A stretch of DNA of 52,150 nucleotides, the filler included, from Basidioascus undulatus (lineage: Eukaryota), in the NCBI GenBank assembly GCA_000826855.1. It is 3 parts of 3 records of this genome, joined end to end, with 100 filler letters (N's around TTAATTAATTAA, not from the genome) between each part and the next. Parts side by side here need not be neighbours in the genome. Positions count along the whole stretch, not along the records: positions 34,852 to 52,150 come from JTLS01000540.1; 2 more parts are not named here. One strand, written 5' to 3'. Position numbers and translations under genes: made by a program. Shown piece after piece: positions 48,678-52,150 of the stretch (within the stretch, counting starts at the first letter, position 1; each line of letters begins with the position of its first letter). The notes beneath the pieces are model-generated. The model was not told where the DNA came from, did no database searches, and was given only the letters and a program-made list of their open reading frames with translations.

Positions 48678-49420
48678 GAATTGTGATTTAGAGGCAGAGA
48701 TCCGGGAGCTCTAGAGTTCGCTTCGGGACACACGATGCGGCTCTGCAGACGGCCAGGGCCGGCACTGAGCGGTGACTGATCACGGTGCCTGCCAAGGTTT
48801 TGTCATTCCGCTATGTGGACAATACCTGGGAAGGTGTCCGTCCTCTCAAGGCGTAGATTTTGAAAGAATATTGTGGAGATCGCCTTAAAGGTACTTTGAG
48901 ATAGACACTTCCCGCTCTCAGTCTGGCAACATTTCGCTGGATTAATGGACCAAGAAAGGCAGCATGACCTTTCCTCTCGTGGAAAGAAACACGGTGGACT
49001 GAAAATTTTACTCTCGTTAAGGCCTTGGACAGGAGAAAGAACGGAAATGTCCCAGGAGGAATATCCCGGCTTGGCTCTTCGCACATACGGGCTGTACTGC
49101 AGCTATGGTATCTGGTCGCATCGTGCAAGGATTGCTAACTTTGTTGAAGCGGCACAGCACAAAGACAGTACCTATATTGTACTTTTGTATTCCTTGGAAG
49201 CAGGTTCGAACCATGCAAAAGCAAACGGATAAATCGCGCGCGATCGATGTCATGCGCTTTCTGCCACTTCCACTTTCACTCCCAGGCCTCTCTTCAAAAT
49301 CTCATCACAATCATCAGGAATTGCTCCTCCCGCTTATTTGGGACTCGGGGAGGGTGGGGGAGGGGGGAAGCCCTCCTCGGTGCGGCAGCACGCCTTATGG
49401 AGATTATCCCGCGGCACGTG

Positions 49421-49885
49421 TCAGCAGCTGCGCCCGCTCGCCTGCGCGAGGAAGCTCACCCTTGTCCATGGCCTGTTCGAAGATCGAAGATATGAATCAT
49501 TCGGGTGGTTGGAACGGAAGGAAGTGGGGGTGTGTCCGCAGCGCCGACTCACGCGGTTCGCCTCGTTCCCCGTCTTGTCGTTCTTGACCATCCCGCACTT
49601 CTCGCCCTTGGAGTTTTCCTGCGGTTCTCCCCGACGCATCAGTCACACCACTTGAAGGGGCAAACGGAGGGTAGAGGGAAGGCGTAGTGTCGCCATGGAG
49701 AGAGAGGGAGGGGTGAGGAACTCACGCCGATGCCGGTGATAGTGCTTTACCCCCTTCCTACGCCAAAATCCGAAAGCGGGTGTGTAGGGCCAAGGCATCG
49801 GTGCGGGTGCGGGGGAGCCTCGAGGGGGGCTGTTAACGCGGACGTACACCTCGAGCGAGTCCTTGGACGACTTGGATGCATGCTG
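49421..49885 (-). other. possible small multi-exon hydrophilic gene or relic
   Basis: Repeated GTGAGT donors and CTGAC..YAG acceptors flank short exon-like pieces (ASKSSKDSLE, ENSKGEKCGMVKNDKTGNEAN, AMDK). I could not build a phase-consistent model. Confidence 0.25.
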
Positions 49886-50356
49886 GCAGTGGTGTCTGTT
49901 GGTGCAGGCGGGAGATATGCACTCGAAAGGGTTCTATACCCCCAAACCGCCACCCAGTCAGCTCGTCCGCCACATCCATCCCTTCCAGCAGCCCTGTGTA
50001 GGGGACCGGGACACTGCGAAATGGTAACACCCAAACCCACCTTGGGCTGTTGACTCGAATACCTAGGAGCTGAGGGGAGGGGACAGGGATGGTGCTGGTC
50101 GAGAGGCAAGCCCGACGAGCGGAGGACGGCGGGCTTTACGCGCGGCGGGCGGAGGACGCGACGCGCGACGCGATTGTTTGGGCGCAACTTTGCCCTATCC
50201 CTCTCGCTTGCCAGTAACGTTCCCCCACTTCCTCCCTTTTTTAGGGAAAATGAGCCCACACAACGATACGCACGCTCGCTAGATCCGCAACCAATCGCTG
50301 CATGCACCTCCCTCCATCCCTCCTCGCCCCCCCATCGCCTCATCCCAACACCCGAA

Positions 50357-50777
50357 TCACAAGAACTCCAGCCCCACGCCTACCTGTACTCCGCGGCCCC
50401 ACACGTCCGAGCGCGCCGCGGCGAGGGGCACGCCAAAGTTGAGCTCGACGCGCACGGGGTCGAAGCGGTACATGAGCCCGGCGCCGGCGGAGATGGACGG
50501 GCGGGCGAGGGCGCGGAGAGGGTTGGCTGGTGAAAAAAGGGGGGGGGAGCGGGGCGAAACGTCAGGGGGCTTCATTCGAGACGCTGGGGGAAAGGGGAGG
50601 AGGGCAGGGAAGGAGAGCGGAAGGGGGGAGGGAGGAGAGACCCACGGTTCGAAAGCGAAACCAGCTGCCCCGCATTGACGAAAAAGTGCGGGCGGAGCTT
50701 CCACTCGCGCCTGCGCGGGAAGGGCGTGAAGAGGGAGAGTCCAAGCGCGTAGTAGAGCTCGCCGCCGAGGTGGTCCT
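50357..50777 (-). pseudogene. SAM50: last two exons of SAM50/TOB55 (Omp85 beta-barrel), lacking upstream SAM50 exons
   Basis: Exon 50777-50646 encodes DHLGGELYYALGLSLFTPFP..LRPHFFVNAGQL. Exon 50526-50357 encodes RPSISAGAGLMYRFDPVRVELNFGVPL..RGVQVGVGLEFL*. The upstream 1.3 kb shows no recognisable SAM50 sequence. Confidence 0.8.
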
Positions 50778-52150
50778 CTGTTCTCGTCCGCACCCCGCCT
50801 GAGCCTGGTACCAACCCCACCGGCCCTGCCCGTACATCGCCCACCCCGCGCCCGGGTGCGGGTACTGCTGCTGGGCCCACGCCTGCTGCTGGGGCGGGGG
50901 AGGCTGAGGAGGGTATCTGCGAACGCAGGGTAAGTAAGGAAGACGGTTGATCGCGCGCTGGAGAGGAGACGGACCCGCTGGCGCCGGCGTAACAGTTCTG
51001 ATAGAAGCCATCTTGACTTTGGTTTCGGCGGGACCATTGAGAGTGCGGGTCGTACAGGTGCTGCGAGCCCATCGAGAGCGGGGGAGGTGAGATGAACGGG
51101 AAGAGAAGACGCGAGCGGGCAGTTTCGCGCGGGGGGCGAGTGACAGCCGTCAGTAGAACAGCTGTCACTCGCCTTCTGCATGTCCTTGCGAAGGTGCCAT
51201 CAACTGTATCGACGTCGAGGAAATGCACGATGATGGCAGTGTGAATGCTAGATGACGATTCTCACAATAGTGCAATACCACCTGCAGCCCCGTCCCTTAA
51301 CCCCTATCCAGCCCCTTAACCTCGTCTTCGTCTTCGTCGCTCAGCCTCAGCCTCACGTGAGCTCTTCGCCTGCGCCAGACCGAGTCTGCCTTCTGCCATC
51401 GCCGTAGCCTCACTCCTGCGCGCCACCTCCCCCTCATCCTCACCCCTTCGCCAACCCCCTTCACCCTCAGCAGAATCCACCTCCCACAGCGATGTTCGAG
51501 CCCGCCCCCGCCCCGCCTGCCCCGACTCTCGGACCTGCGTGGGACGGCTCGACGGGGACGGGCAAGGGAAAGGCGAGGAGATCGGCGGCCGCGGCGGCGA
51601 GGGGAGGGGTTGCGTGGAGTGCGGGATGGGCGGGGCAGGATGGCAGGGTCGATAAGGTCAAGCTGGCTGCGGTGAGTCGTCGTTCGAGCGTGGGTTGATG
51701 CGCCGGTTGGGCAGCTTGGAGGCGGACGGTGGACGGTGGCCGCTGCAGGGAGGATGGTCGCTTATCGTTGGGCTCTGGACGCAGATCACCCGCCAGCTCA
51801 AGACTCGCTTATCGTACGCTCGGCTGAAGGTCGATCACGGATGGGTGCGCTCCCCTCGCATCCTGCCGGGACCCTCACCCGCTCACCCGCTCACCCTCCC
51901 TGCCCCTTCGCAGACTCAGCAGTCCCTCCCGGAGGTGCGTTCCCTTCCAGATGACCTCCCACCTTCGCAGCGTTGGAACGAGATTGATTTGATCGTATCC
52001 ACTCCCCGGCAGGTCGAGAACCTCTACCAGCATCACCTCAAGCGCTCCTCCTCGCGCGGCGCCTCGCAACCCCCCATCCAGCCCAGCGCCGCTCTCTCCC
52101 CTCCCACTCCCGCGCGCGCCCCCAGCCTACCGCGCATGCCCCCTAGATCG

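Noticed and set aside
51289..51322. CCCTTAACCCC..CCCCTTAACC as an interstitial telomere
   Set aside because: There are only two imperfect units, not tandem CCCTAA.

Overview
This is intron-rich, GC-rich fungal DNA, most likely a basidiomycete. The short GTGCGT/GTGAGT...CTGAC/CTAAC...YAG introns and many micro-exons suggest Pucciniomycotina (inference). The window is three contigs joined by artificial 100-nt N44-TTAATTAATTAA-N44 spacers (17350-17449, 34752-34851), so adjacency across them is not evidence of linkage. Apparently intact genes: a RING-CH membrane E3 ligase, an HXT-like sugar porter, ferrochelatase HEM15, a nucleotide pyrophosphatase, an F-box protein, YPP1/TTC7, MRPL16, MRPS8, MTR3 and a histidine acid phosphatase. 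Interleaved with them are many disabled accessory genes: an MBOAT acyltransferase, two F-box-like genes, a cupin, a NADAR gene, a Cys/His-repeat gene, an ankyrin-MYND gene, a GMC oxidoreductase and an orphan SAM50 3' fragment. The most interesting locus (32766-34656) is a head-to-head pair of a NADAR (YbiA/DUF1768) gene and a gene whose Cys/His repeats resemble the N-terminus of basidiomycete PARP-like ADP-ribosyltransferases. It may be a fungal writer/eraser (DarT1-NADAR-like) module. Both genes are disabled here, and the predicted catalytic domain is cut off by the contig end, so it is not seen. All gene models and family calls are manual, from motif recognition only.
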